From assembly GCF_006345805.1 (NCBI RefSeq), contig NC_043021.1, positions 15,004,001 through 15,068,000 on the forward strand: a DNA stretch of 64,000 nucleotides, read 5' to 3'. The first letter of the stretch is position 1. Each line of letters opens with the position of its first letter. The stretch comes from Octopus sinensis (taxonomy: Eukaryota). Positions 1-12,649 of the stretch are shown here, piece by piece. Both the position numbers and the translations under genes were made by a program. The notes beneath the pieces are model-generated. The model was not told where the DNA came from. It did not search any database and saw nothing but the letters and a program-made list of their open reading frames with translations.

Positions 1-133
1 TTGTAGTAACTATACTAACAAATATATATTTTTATACATAATTAGGATGAAATCATTATTTAATGATTTATCATTTGGGGTCTATTTCTAGCAGACTGGT
101 GTTGTAATCATTCAGCACCCTTATTTTAATTCT

Positions 134-181
<48 letters not shown>

Positions 182-192
182 ATATATATATA

Positions 193-605
193 GGCACAAG
201 AGTGGCTGTGTGGTAAGTAGCTTGCTTACCAACCACATGGTTCCAGATTCAGTCCCATTGCGTGGCACCTTGGGCAAGAGTCTTCTACTATAGCCTCGAG
301 CCGACCAAAGCCTTGTGAGTGGATTTGGTAGACGAAAACTGAAAGAAGCCCGTCACATATATGTATATATATATGTGTGTATTTGTTTGTGTGTCTGTGT
401 TTGTCCCTCCAACATTGCTTGACAACCGATGCTGGCATGTGTACGTCCCCATAACTTAGCGGTTCGGCAAAAGAGACCAATAGAATAAGTACTAGGCTTA
501 CAAAGAATAAGTCCTGGGGTCGATTTGCTCGACTAAAGGCAGTGCTCCAGTATGGCCGCAGTCAAATGACTGAAACAAGTAAAAGAGTAAAGAGTAAAGA
601 GAGTA
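193..605 (+). mobile_element. tRNA-derived SINE family A (about 390-410 bp), full copy
   Basis: Head ggagtggctgtgtggtaag...ggttcagtcccactgcgtggcaccttgggcaag, internal (TA/TG)n, tail ggtgctccagcatggccgcagtcaaatgactgaaacaag(taaagag)n. More than 15 copies or fragments occur in the window. Confidence 0.9.
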
Positions 606-1154
606 TATATATATATCATCATCATATATATATATATGTATATACAGAAAGAGTGGGTTATACCAGCATATACCTATGTATTTATATGTGTGTGTGTATA
701 TGTATGTTTGTCTGTATGTGTGTGTATCTATGTGTATGTGCGTGTATATATGTATGCGTGTGTGTGTATGTATGTGTGTGCGTGTATGTGAGTAATAAGC
801 ATACTGACATCAAAATGTGTTTTTGAACTTAAAGATATAAATGACGAAATGTATCTGTACGCATACACACACACATAAACGCACACTTATAACACAGTTA
901 CCTTCTGTTTCCTCCCAATGTTGCCTTCTCCGCATGACTCAAGGCCTTTTGTATTACAACAAAAAGGAAAATGTTTCAAATAAAACCTCTTTTCTTCTTT
1001 CCGCCACTATTGTGAACATTATTGCTATTCCTAACACACCTTCACCTATATACATTTCTATATACACCCTATACACATTCTACCCTATACCCTATATATT
1101 TCTTGTGTATGTATATACACTATTTTTATCATTTACTGGTTTCAGGCATTAGAC

Positions 1155-1373
1155 CAGTGCTTTTCAAACTTTTTGCTGGAGCGGAACCCCAAGAAAACAT
1201 TTCACTGGCTCGAGGAACCCCTGTGCAATAATTTAATTGTCCTATGCACACATATCTGCACAGGAGAATTAAAAATTACTGTCGATTTTAGCATTTTTGT
1301 AACTTCTTGCGGAACCCCTGGACCGTACTGGCGGAACCCTAAGGTTCCGCGGAACCCTGGTTGAAAACCACTG
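1155..1373. mobile_element. hAT (Charlie-type) MITE
   Basis: TIRs CAGTGCTTTTCAAAC / GTTGAAAACCACTG, perfect 8-bp TSD cattagac. Confidence 0.92.
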
Positions 1374-1834
1374 CATTAGACTATGGCCATGTTGAAGCAT
1401 TTCACTGGATGGTTCAGTCAATAAAATTGAGCCCCATCGATGATGATGACGACGATGAGGATGATGACGATGATGTGGTGGTGATGATGATGATGGTGGT
1501 GATGATGATGATGGTGGTGATGGTGGCGGTGATGATGATCATGCCAATGACTGTGGTGGTGGTGGTGGTGGTGGTGGTGGTGATGATGATGATGATGATG
1601 ATGTCGATGGGGTTGTATTTTAGGGTTAATATTTATTGTATTTCGTTTTGGGATTTGGTTTGCAAGATTCTTTATATGAGTTCGTGTGTTGTGTATTGTT
1701 GTTCGGTTTCCTTTTGTTTTGTTTTTGGTTTTATATTGCATCTAGCCACCTTTGTTATTATATACTCTTTCCTCTCTCTTTTACTTGTTTCAGTCATTTG
1801 ACTGTGGCCATGCTGGTGCACCGCCTTGATGAGG

Positions 1835-2100
1835 TTTGTTGTTAACACAATGTTTCGGCTGATATACCCTCCAGCCTTCATCAGGTGTGTCATTATATTC
1901 AAGCCAGGTGGTATTAGCTTTGAGTCTCTACATCTGCACAAGAAAGTTAGATGGTTTGAAAGACAAGCTAGTTTCTGATGGAGTTTCTCTCTATGACTCC
2001 ACTGAAGTCTAATGTCGGCTCCGTACCAATTAGATAATACAGTCCTATATTTAAGAGATGAGGAATTATGTACATTATTTACATTACATAAATAATGTAA
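1835..2100 (-). mobile_element. Penelope-like element fragment: ORF N-terminus plus hammerhead-containing terminal repeat
   Basis: WYGADIRLQWSHREKLHQKLACLSNHLTFLCRCRDSKLIPPGL resembles the Penelope/Poseidon N-terminal domain. It is followed by CTGATGAAGGCTG..CAGCCGAAACATT at 1844-1889. Confidence 0.75.
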
Positions 2101-2189
2101 ATATATATATATCAAAATGTGACCTCGTGTGTACCGTTGGCAATTTTTTTTCCTCCGTCTTCCCTTCTCTGGATCTTTCCTTCTCCTAT

Positions 2190-2224
2190 GTTTCCGAAGA
2201 AGAGCTCCGCTCGAAACATTAAAC
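2190..2224 (+). ncRNA. Degenerate minimal hammerhead-like motif of a second family
   Basis: GTTT CCGAAGA A GAGC tcc GCTC GAAAC ATT AAAC. Stems I and II are intact, but the core has U4>C and stem III is mutated. Confidence 0.45.
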
Positions 2225-3082
2225 CCTCCTTCTTTCCTTCTTTCCTGAGCGTCCAATAATACTATATTTGTTCCATGTCCTCGCGTTGTTGTGCTTTTTT
2301 GTGCTTTCTTGTTTTGATTAACTATATATATATATATACATATATTTCCACCGTGAAAAATGGATGTTTAAATGATGATGATGATGACGACGATGACAAT
2401 GACGATAATGATGATGATGACGCCGCCGCCGAAGATGATGATGATGATGATGATGATATATAATATACACACAGATATTAACTTCAACTTTGGTTAGTAT
2501 TTGAGTTAATTTCAAAAACCGTGCTTTTGTTTTAAAAAAAGTATCTGCCCATGCTGTTTATTAAACTTCTGTGCTTGACAGCAATCTCATTATTTCTTCA
2601 AACTAATCCGGTTTACATCCTAAACAAACTACTTACTTAACCACTTCCTTAATACATCTGCCATAAATTGTTATATCTAGGCTTTGGCGGAGTCTTGTCT
2701 GCACTCTTGCACTTGGCATATCAACATGAATCTGGACATCCACTTGTTTCTTATACATTTGTAGCCAAGGGAATAATGAAATCTTGAAGCCCATCAATGC
2801 CATTGATATCAGCAGCAATATCGTTTGTATAAATTAGTTTAGAAATGAATCATCATCTTATAGAGAACCAGGCAGGACCGGATTAAGTGCCATTGAGGCC
2901 CTAAGCACTTAGAAGATTTTGGTGCTCCCATATATATGTAATTTAAAATATAAACTACAATAAACTGTAAAATATATTTTTATGTCTCAAAAATTAAACA
3001 AAGCTAACAGTAAGATGGAAAATAATCATTTCTAGTATAGGCACAAGGTCTGAAATTGTAAAGGATCACATCGACCCCCAGT

Positions 3083-3381
3083 GGAGGCACATGGCCTAGT
3101 GGTTAGAGCAGCGGACTCGCGGTTGAGGGATCGTGGGTTCGAATCTCAAACCGGGCGATGATTGTATTTATGAGTGAAATACCTAAGCTCCACGCAGCTC
3201 GGGCAGAAGGTAATGGTGAACTTCTGCTGACTCTTTTGCCACAACTTTCTCTCACTTTTTCCTCCTGCATCTTTGCATCTCACCTGCGACGGACTGGCGT
3301 CCCATCCAGGTGGGGAACCTATACGCCAAGGAAACCAGGAAGCCGGCCCTAATGAGCAAGGCATGGCTCGAGAACGAACAA
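3083..3381 (+). mobile_element. tRNA-derived SINE family C with tail type 2 (V-domain-like)
   Basis: A box tggcctagtgg, B box ggttcgaatct. Flanked by a duplication of about 14 bp, acatcgacccc(c)agt. Confidence 0.88.
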
Positions 3382-3520
3382 ACATCGACCCCAGTCAAAA
3401 AGTACTGTCAATTACCGTTGTCCATCCTTTGTTCTTGCTTTCTTCTTTCTTTGCGAGTGCTGTAAACTTCAAAGATAGAGATCCTCCCTATATTTTTGTG
3501 AAATATTTTTGAATCACAGG

Positions 3521-3920
3521 TACTCTTACTCTTTTACTCTTTTACATGTTTCAGTCACTTGACTGCGGCCATGCTGGAGCACCGCCTTTAGTTGAGCAAA
3601 TCGACCTCGGGACTTATTCTTTGTAAGCCCAGTACTTATCCTATCGGTCTATTTTGCCGAACCGCTAAGTGCCGGGGACGTAAACACACCAGCATCGGTT
3701 ACAAACACAGACACACAAACACATACACATACATACATACACATATATACACACATATATACGACAGGCTTCTTTCAGCTTCCGTCTACCAAATCTACTC
3801 ACAAGGCATTGGTCGGCCCGGAGCTATAGCAGAAGACACTTGCCCAAGATGCCACGCAGTGGGACTGAACCCGGAACCATGTGGTTGGTTAGCAAGCTAC
3901 TTACCACACAGCCACTCCTG
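3521..3920 (-). mobile_element. SINE family A, full copy
   Basis: Reverse complement of the family A consensus. Confidence 0.9.
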
Positions 3921-4014
3921 ATATTTTTTTTGATATTTTTTTTGATATTTTTTTTTTTAAAGCTGAAAATTACTATTTTATTTAAAATGAAATGTTTATC
4001 TTTATCATCTTAAT

Positions 4015-5272
4015 CAGAAGGCAGGAAAGCAGACGGAGAGACTATCTCTATAGACAAAGATCATTTGCAATGGGAGGAGTTGAATCACATGAGAATGGAA
4101 GAACAAACAACAAACGGGTTGTACCTCTTAATGAGACTCTCTTAAGACATTCAAATGCCACTGTAATAGGTCAAATTAAGTACGTCATTAAGTACACACT
4201 GAAAGGAAATGACCAAGCTGCTGTGATAATGAGTAGGCATATTGGACCATCCAAAGCAGTTACGTCCAGTTTAGGATTTTCAGTTCATAAAAGAACTCCT
4301 GCAATAGTGAAACTGCAAGTTTATCTACGAGACAAACAAAGAAATTATGAGGAAATATATAATAATAATATAATAATAATGAAATTATTGTATACAGTGC
4401 TCAGGTGCACCACAACTTGTCAGAAAGTGCATATAAAGTACATACAGTAATGTACAAATGTCTGGAAAGCGAACAATGTATGAGTCAGATACATGCTTGT
4501 GAGTGTATGGAGGGGAGAAAATCAGGTGTAGTGTTGGCGAATCTCAGAAAGCATGGAAGTTTTGAAGGATGCAGTGCTCCGACAACTAACAACCAATGCC
4601 GGCAGTTTGTTCCATGCTTCAGCAACTCTCAGCGTGAAAAAATGTTTCCTGAAGTCATGGGAGCTGTGCTGTTTTCTTACTTTGTAAATATGTCCACGGG
4701 TGTTAGATGGGTGGAGTTTGAAGAGGTGCTCAGAGTTATTGTTTGTGCGATGGTTGATAATTTTATGGGTGTCTGCCAAGTCAGCTGCCAGACGTCGGAG
4801 TTTCAATGTGTCCATGCCCAGGGATGTAAGGCGTTCAGGATATGGCAAATGCCTGATGGAGGGTATTCTTTTGGTTGCACGTCGCTGAACAGCTTCCAGA
4901 CGATTGATGTCCTGGGCAGGCAAGATAGGGGTTCCAGACCGGTGATGCAAATTCCAGGTGAGGTCTTACCATAGCTATATAAAGCTGCAGATAGATAGCC
5001 GCAGATATATGGCTGTCAATGAGCGACATGTGAGAACAACATTGATAGAATTCTTTTCATTGTGCATCAACAATGACTTTGCAAAAACATTACTTTATGC
5101 TGAAGTACCCGTGTATTTCACTTGGAACAAAGAATGGCAAAGAAGAAAGTGAGGGAAAAAAAAATTTAAGGCCATTTGAACGCTTTCAAAGAAGAAACAC
5201 TTGGTTGTGTTTATGTTATCACACAAAAGAGAGGAGAACTGTATTATTTAAGAATTTTATTGCATGATGTTC
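4015..5272 (+). mobile_element. Helitron RepHel coding fragment (4015-4350 and 5021-5272), split by a LINE insertion
   Basis: NNKRVVP..IKYVIKYTLKGNDQA..FSVHKRTPAIVKLQVYL..QR, then TTLIEFF..FAKTLLYAEVPVYFTWN..W.RRK..ELYYLRILL. These are Helitron Rep-to-helicase linker motifs. Confidence 0.85.
4358..5020 (-). mobile_element. CR1/L2-clade LINE 3' end
   Basis: LYIAMVRPHLEFASPVWNPY..INRLEAVQRRATK..YPERL..LG..L..RR..FF..RV..AWNKLP, then 3' UTR and an (ATT)n tail. Confidence 0.92.
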
Positions 5273-5359
5273 AATAAAGTATTTTTCCTTTTCCCATTGC
5301 GCACAGACATTTTCAACTTGGAGTGGTTGTGACCCAACGGATCATGAGGGGTACATCTA

Positions 5360-5398
<39 letters not shown>

Positions 5399-5400
<2 letters not shown>

Positions 5401-5780
5401 CATGGATGTGGCTGTGTGTTAAGAAGCTTGCTTCCCAACCACATGGTTCTGGGTTTAGTCCTGTTGAGTGGCACCTTGGCCAAGTGTCTTCTACTATAGC
5501 CTCGGATTGATCAAAGCCTTGTAAATGGATTTGGATGATGGAAACTAAAAGAAGATTGTCATATATAAATATACATGTGTGTGCATTTGTGTGTCTATAT
5601 TTGTTGTCACCCCGCCACCCACTCACCTGATAACCGATGTTGGTAACTTAGCAGTTTGGCAAAAGAGACTGATAGAATAAGTTGTGCGCTTATAAAAAAT
5701 AAATCCTGGTGTTGATTTGTTCAACTAAAGGTGGTTCTCCAAATGACTGAAACACATGAGAAAATAAGAGTAAAAGAATA
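5399..5780 (+). mobile_element. SINE family A, diverged copy
   Basis: Same head, body and tail motifs. Confidence 0.85.
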
Positions 5781-5781
5781 T

Positions 5782-5839
<58 letters not shown>

Positions 5840-5848
5840 GTATATATA

Positions 5849-6300
5849 CGAGCAATCCCCCCCCCCGTCCAATGGACGGTGCTGAGTTGTCAAGCATTTA
5901 AACCAAATTTTCTCAAAACAACTTGTCCGACTGTCCCATATGCCTCCTCTTTGAGAAACACTGATTTAACCTAAATTTGAGACACCAGCAAAAGAGGAAA
6001 TAAAGATAGACTTTTTTCTATTCCAAGAAAAACGATTTTATTCACACAAATATGAAACCGAAGAGTTTAACGTACCAGTAAGTAGATCGCAACAGCTGAT
6101 GTATTTGCACGTACAAATGCACGTTTCCACGGCTTTATCGATTGCATTTTCACCTGGAATCGATTTTTGTAATTTTTTCAAGACTTATACATGCCCTGAT
6201 ACTGGCGATATCTACATATCAATTTTGAGAGCAATCGGATGGAGGATGCCCGAGATCCTAGAAGACACACACACTAACAGAACAGATTTTATATAATATA
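5849..6300 (-). mobile_element. Non-autonomous Helitron-like element, copy 1
   Basis: 5' TATATTATATAAAATC, 3' ccgtccattggacgg hairpin then CTCG|T. Confidence 0.75.
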
Positions 6301-6480
6301 TATATATATACACACATATATATACAATTGCATTTTATAGCTTTTACAGCTTCTTAATAAAACTTTTATATATGTATCTTTAAGCATATAAACATATATG
6401 ACATATAAACATCAGTTAAACTGATCACTAAACACATACAATGTGTGTGTGTATGTGTGTGCACATGTGCGCAAACATAT

Positions 6481-6980
6481 ACTTGGTCTTATCAATATGT
6501 ATCCAGACTGTTGCCATAGTATCGAAGCTAAAACACGCAGTTTGAAGCTGCTTGGCACAGGTTGTCCTTGAACTCTAAGTTTTAATGTTCCAGTTCACTT
6601 CTGCTGTTTACAGAAATGCATGGAAGTAACGTGATCATCACATTGACCACAGCAGAAAAAGTTGAGCAGAGAATCTGCATCAAATTTTGCCAAAAGGCTT
6701 GGTGATACCAACTCAGAGGCCTACGCAAAGTTTTCAAAAGATTACCATTATTCACAACGCAATCAAGGAGATCTTTCACAACTGAAACCTGAGTGACTTT
6801 TTGGTCAGCTGAAAGTAGTTTTGGCACAAACTTGGCAGACACACATCTCATACTCAAATCTTCAATGACAATAGACTGAACTGAACCATAACTAATCTGC
6901 ACATCCTCTGATAACTCATGGATGGTGATTTGACGATTTCCCCTCACAGCTGCATACACACCTGCGATGTTTATCATGGT
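6481..6980. mobile_element. Rearranged Tc1/mariner transposase remnant
   Basis: + strand VEQRICIKFCQK-LGDT (6660-6735). - strand RQITIHELSEDVQISYGSVQSIVIEDLSMRCVSAKFVPKLLSADQK (6736-6975). TA plus a TIR-like start at about 6481. Confidence 0.8.
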
Positions 6981-7030
6981 ATATATATACATATACATAT
7001 ACATATATATATATATAAATATATACATAT

Positions 7031-7314
7031 ATCATGTGATCACGTGACCAACCAGACCATCAGATGTTGTTATACATCGCTGGTCACAATGCACTTCGCA
7101 TTGTTTTAGCCTTCGAATGACGCCACCCCGCTGGCTAAGCGAGCCGGCCAACAGAAGAAAGAGTGGGAGAAAGAGTGGTGAAAGAGTACAGCAGGGATCA
7201 CCGCTGTGCGTTGTGGAGCTTTTAGGTGTTTTCGCTCAATAAACACTCACAACGCCCGGTCTGGGAATCGAAACCGCGAGTCCGCTGCCCTAACCACTAG
7301 GCCATTGCGCCTCC
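7031..7314 (-). mobile_element. SINE family C, tail type 1
   Basis: Head ggaggcgcaatggc..gtggttagggcagcggac, tail ...ggtcacgtgatcac. Confidence 0.88.
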
Positions 7315-7357
7315 ACACACATATATATATATATATACATACATATATATATGTATG

Positions 7358-7393
<36 letters not shown>

Positions 7394-8203
7394 TACGTAT
7401 ATATGATGGGCTTCTTTCAGTTTCCATCTACCAAATCCCCTCACAAGGCTTTGGTTGGCCCAAGACTGCACCCGGAACCATATGGTTGGGAAGCAAGCTT
7501 TTTACCACACAGCCACTCCTGCGCCTAAGTATATATATATATATACACACTCACACATACACACACACACCTTTCTTGTATATTTCTAGAACACACCTCA
7601 CTTTCTCTCTCTTCGTTTGTAAATATGTACGCATGTAATGTTTGTATATGTTGTTTATATTGAAGTGAAATAGATATATATATATATGTATAAACATACA
7701 GGCACAGACGTAAACACAACACACAGACACACAATGTTTAGACAAAGCGATATAGAAATTGGTTGTACAGTGGACGGAAAACAGCAGTGGGTGTGTTAAG
7801 TAAAACTGGTCTGGGAGGTACGTAAAAGATAGGGTGGGGGCCTGCAGTTGGCCTAACTGTTGAACAGGAATGAATAATCAACACATAGACACATGCGTAT
7901 ATACTTGGACATGTGTATGCAGACATACATGTATACGCATATATGTATGCACACACATACACACACACAAATGGAAAGGTACATGTATATACACATACAC
8001 ACACCTATACATATATACATCCATATAGACACATACACACAAATGGAAATGTACATGCATATACACACACATACATACATACATACACGCATATGTATAT
8101 ACATGTACATATGTATACGGACATACATGTACAGACACGTATACATGCAAATAGACAAATGGAAATGTACATGCGTACACACATACATACACATACACAT
8201 ACA

Positions 8204-8237
<34 letters not shown>

Positions 8238-8395
8238 CACATATACGTACATACATTCATACATATGTACATATATACATACATTTAAATATATTTAGAT
8301 ATATATGAGGATGTCTAGACATGCAACTTAGATTCAAACTCACAACCTCACGATCGTAAGCTCGATGCTCTAACCACTGAGCCATGCGCCTTCAC

Positions 8396-8434
<39 letters not shown>

Positions 8435-8932
8435 CTATGTTTGTCCCTCCAACATCACTTGACAACCGATGCTGGTGTGTTTATGTCCCTGTAACTTAGC
8501 AGTTCGGCAAAAGAGACTGATAGAATAAGTATTAGGCGTACAAAGAATAAGTCCTGGGGTCAATTTGTTCAGCTAAAGGCGGTGCTCCAGCATGGCCGCA
8601 GTCAAATGACTGAAACGAATAAAAGAATAAAAGTAATGTATTCAAGGTTAGCAGACAAGGAATGCTGCTCAAGAAGCTGCCTTCCAAGTCTCATGTTGTT
8701 ATCAACCTGATGTATGCAAATTTGGTCAAGGGATGCAACTGTATGTACGTTGTGAATCCGAACAAAGAAGAACGAACAAGAAAAAACAATAATGTGAGGA
8801 CACGGTACAAGTACTGTATTATAAGACACTCAGGAAAGGAAGGATGTACGTATGCATGTGTCTGTGTATGTATGCATGAATGAATGAATGTATGTATGTA
8901 TCTATGTATATATTATGTGTGTATGTATATAT

Positions 8933-9159
8933 ATTTCTTTACTACCCACAAGGGGCTAAACACAGAGGGGATAAACAAGGACAGACAAACGGATTAAGTT
9001 GATTACATCGACCCAAGTGCGTAACTGGTACTTAATTTATCGACCCCGAAAGGATGAAAGGCAAAGTCGACTTCGGCGGAATTTGAACTCAGAACGTAAC
9101 GGCAGATGAAATATGGCTACGCATTTCGCCCGGCGTGCTAACGGTACTGCCAGCTCGCC
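8933..9159 (-). mobile_element. tRNA-derived SINE family B (about 230 bp)
   Basis: Consensus ggcggcgagctggcag...gagttcaaattccgccgaggtcgactttgcctttcatcctttcggggtcgataaattaagtacc...gccccttgtgggtagtaaagaaata. B-box gagttcaaattcc. Confidence 0.88.
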
Positions 9160-9278
9160 GTGTGTATGTATATATTTTAATGTTTCACTTTGGTATAGTG
9201 ATGCTAACAACCTGGTGTAAAGGACTGAATATACATATGTTTCAGAAAAAAGTGTTGAGTACAGAACATAATATCAAA

Positions 9279-9540
9279 TTAAATAAATGACAAAGGAACA
9301 GGAATTCATGCAGTGAGCTTCATTAGCTTACAGCTGTTTCTGCTATAAGACATTGTGGACTCAGAGCTGAGTACTTTTGCATCACCTTATAACTAACTTC
9401 CTTGAATTTTAGGAGCTTCAAGGAAGGTATAAGTTGATGCACAAGCACTCAGCTCTGAGTGCACTGCATCTTATAGCAGAAACAGCTATTAGCTAATGAA
9501 GTTCATTGCATAATTTCTTGCTTCTCTGTCATTTATTTAA
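9279..9540. repeat. Fold-back element, about 260 bp
   Basis: Arms ttaaataaatgaca...cagctgtttctgctataaga...ctcagagctgagt / actcagctctgagt...tcttatagcagaaacagct...tgtcatttatttaa. Confidence 0.85.
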
Positions 9541-9541
9541 A

Positions 9542-9574
<33 letters not shown>

Positions 9575-11399
9575 GAGGGCACATGGCCTAATGGTTAGTG
9601 TGATGGACTCAATATCGTGAGATTGTGGTTTCAATTCTTGAACTGGGTGGTGAGTTGTGTTCTTGAGCAAGACACTTCATCTCATTTTGCTCTGCAATCA
9701 CTTCAATGCCTGACCCATGGCACACCGTGCTGGTCGTTTAGCAAAGACTGTACACTCATATGTCATCTTTGTTGGGAGAGTCCAATAAGGCAGGCTTCTT
9801 TCAGATTCTGTTCACAAGGCTTGCTCTCAGGGCTTGGTCACAATGCTTTAGCTGACCCTGAGCCATAATAGAGGACACTTGCCCAGGGTGTCACGAAGTG
9901 GAACCGAACCCAAGATCATGTGGTTGGGAGGTGAATTCCTCACCACACTCCCACCCCAGTACTTATAATCAATGTGGTGTTATGAACCAGGCTGTGTTGT
10001 AAGGAAGGACCGGAAGTGAGGGAGTACGCATGTCCTGTTGGAAGTGGGGCCTGTAGGTCCCACTGGAAGGGCTGTGATCAGCATGCGGGGTCGGCAAGGC
10101 GTGAGTGGTCAGTTGGCAGTTGACAGCATATGAGAGCAGACTTGTTAGAATGGTACGGCAGCAGACAGAGCACATGGATGTTGTGAGTGACCCTTCCAGA
10201 TCGACAGGTAAGACTACCGCAATCCACTCTCGGATTCTGCCTTTTCCTCCTTCACATCACCATCAAGAACACAGATGGGGGATTACATTCTTGACCTAGT
10301 TTTGTCTCCCGGTTGCAATTCTTTCACTTCGATTATACTTTTAGAATTATAAAACTTTTAATTATACCTTTAACTATACACCATAAAGGTTACTGCTGAT
10401 TTCACCTCTTGCTTCACGCTTGACCAGAGACAGTAATAGAGCAACTAGCCAGGTGTATCCTCTTTCAATGTGTTATAAGAGAACAATAACAAGCTGACCA
10501 GTATGGAAATTGACCCATCATTAGTCTTCAACATTGTGAACAAGAACAATAGCAGGATCATTATCAGCAACAGTGATGAACTAATGAAAGGTCGTCCACA
10601 GATGTGGTCACACAAGCAGCTAGAAATAGCTGCCAAATGCCCTTCAAATCATGACTTAGTCATAAAGAAAATGAAAAAAAAATTTATTATAAATACAGAA
10701 AAATTTATAAACACTACCCACACATATGCACATACCTATACATACATACATACAAATATATACATATATGCTTAAATATGACACACACACACATTCATAC
10801 ATAGATACATAAACACATGCATACATACATACATGCATACATACACACATAATGCATACATAGATACATACACAGATACATATATACCTATACACATACA
10901 TACATACATATACATATATGTATATGTGTGTGTGTGTGTCTATAAACATATATAAACAAATACATATATGTGCATGCATGTGTATACACTACAGTACATT
11001 TGCCTACGATTACCTTGGAGTACAATTAAACTTGACTTGTGATTATGATTCATATTTTTATACTTCACTCTATGAGTCATTAGCTGTTGTTCACCGATTC
11101 AGTGAGCAGAAGAGAAAATAATTTGAGCAACAAATAAACATGGTGAGAGAAAAACACAATATTGCTATTGGTAGATGACTAGTATGATGCTTATGTCACC
11201 TACCTGGTCATTAAGTAAGGGAGATAACTCTAGGCATGTTCACATTGTCTTGCCTCATCAGCAGAATCTAGTACCTCTGTGCTTTATCTTACCTTTTACA
11301 TTTTTGATTTTTGTGGGAGGGTGCTGTGCCTTTGACATTTGCGGGTCCTCCAAGACTAGCAAGTTTGATGTGTATCAATATTCTATTTGAAATATTGCA

Positions 11400-12230
11400 G
11401 GTCAACACCTGCTGGAAGGGTTAGGGTTAGGGTTAGAGTTAGGAAGATTTCAGGGGATGACATATTTGTGAAGGGGGAATGGATATAGTTGTTAGTCTTG
11501 GGCTGTGAGGATTGGATCCACCAAGGGTAATGAGAGGCAGAAAGACAAAGGGGTCATGGGTATTTGAATGGAGGATGTATAAGGCCAGCCAGCCAGCTTC
11601 AAGGATCAGAGGCCATTGTAGTAGGGATAGAAATACACAGGGAGTGGACAGTGCATGTCGGTGAGCATGTCTGTCAAAGACTAAATTCCAGTTTGTTGAT
11701 GGCCCCTTCTCTGGATGCTTGGATAAGGGAGCAACACTCTGTGAAGGGCCTCACTTGAACCTTGAAGTAGTGTAGCTGTTAGGAGCTGAAATATATTCTG
11801 ACCCTAAATAGAGCTATCTTAAGGCATGGACACACTGAGCATTTTCCTGGGATCTCACATGTCTAGGGGCCCAACTCTAATCTATGTCTGTTGTGTTTGG
11901 CTGTCAATAAATAAATACTATAGGGCCCAGTGCAGTGGTTTGCCCAGGGGAGGGAGTTTGTATGTCTAGGGGCCCAGTTCCTATCTATGTATGCTGTGAC
12001 TTGCTGTCAATAAACAATTAAATAAAAACTATAGGGCCCAGTGCATTGATTTGCCTAGGGGTCTCTAAAGCTTCTGAGATTGCCCTGGCCCAAAGATAAG
12101 AGCTAGTCTTCAGGATTAAATCCTAACTATGCTAATGATGTGATTTCACCAGGTGAGATCCTTGGTGACAACAAGGCCCTGCATTTGGAGCTATAGTGAA
12201 GGAGGGCTTTAACTGAGTGTTAGTCCTGTT
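11400..12230 (-). mobile_element. Highly decayed LINE RT C-terminus (CR1/Jockey group), interrupted at about 11860-12085
   Basis: LQMQGLVVTKDLTW*NHI ... LFRVRIYFSS*QLHYFKVQVRPFTECCS with many stops. Ends in a (CTAACC)n-like tail at 11418-11442. Confidence 0.55.
11860..12088. mobile_element. hAT-MITE-like fragment with two tandem units of about 112 bp
   Basis: gtctaggggccca...ctgtcaataaa...actatagggccca..gtgca..gcc.aggg occurs twice. The end ctgagattgccctg resembles hAT termini. Confidence 0.45.
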
Positions 12231-12562
12231 TAGCTGGGGTGGAGTATGAAATGGAAGGGTGATGTCCTAAAATTTGTTGAATTAGTTGTCAATGAGTCAC
12301 TGTGTAAATGTAGGGAAATGTAATAATTACTCGCCTGGGAAAATACAATTGTTTAGAAATGAAATAGTTGAGTGAAATTAGGTAAAATGTTTAGACTGTA
12401 AGACATGAGAAACAATGAATAAGTGGGCGGTGGAGTATTTACTGTAGGGTGACTTTTTTATTGAAAGTTAAGCGAGAAACTTATATAGGTGGTGAGTAAA
12501 ATATATGACTAGACTGTAATTAAGACGATGACAATAAGAGTAGTAGTAGCAACAGCAGCAGA

Positions 12563-12614
<52 letters not shown>

Positions 12615-12649
12615 TATCAATAACAATAATAATAATAATAATAATAATA

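Noticed and set aside
2633-2860. 61-aa minus-strand ORF ending at a gtaagt donor
   Set aside because: No recognisable homology and no clean acceptor in frame. Another frame looks like decayed coding sequence with stops.
7738-7870. Possible minus-strand terminal exon (VRPTAGPHPIFYVPPRP...)
   Set aside because: Two frames are open, I recognise no homology, and no partner exons can be linked.
9300-9500. Hammerhead-like GAAACAGCTGTA in the fold-back (similar at about 32450 and GAAACATATGTC at about 22925)
   Set aside because: No CUGANGA core at a position compatible with stems I and II.
11418-11442. Interstitial telomere (TTAGGG)3
   Set aside because: Only three units, positioned as the 3' tail of a decayed minus-strand LINE.
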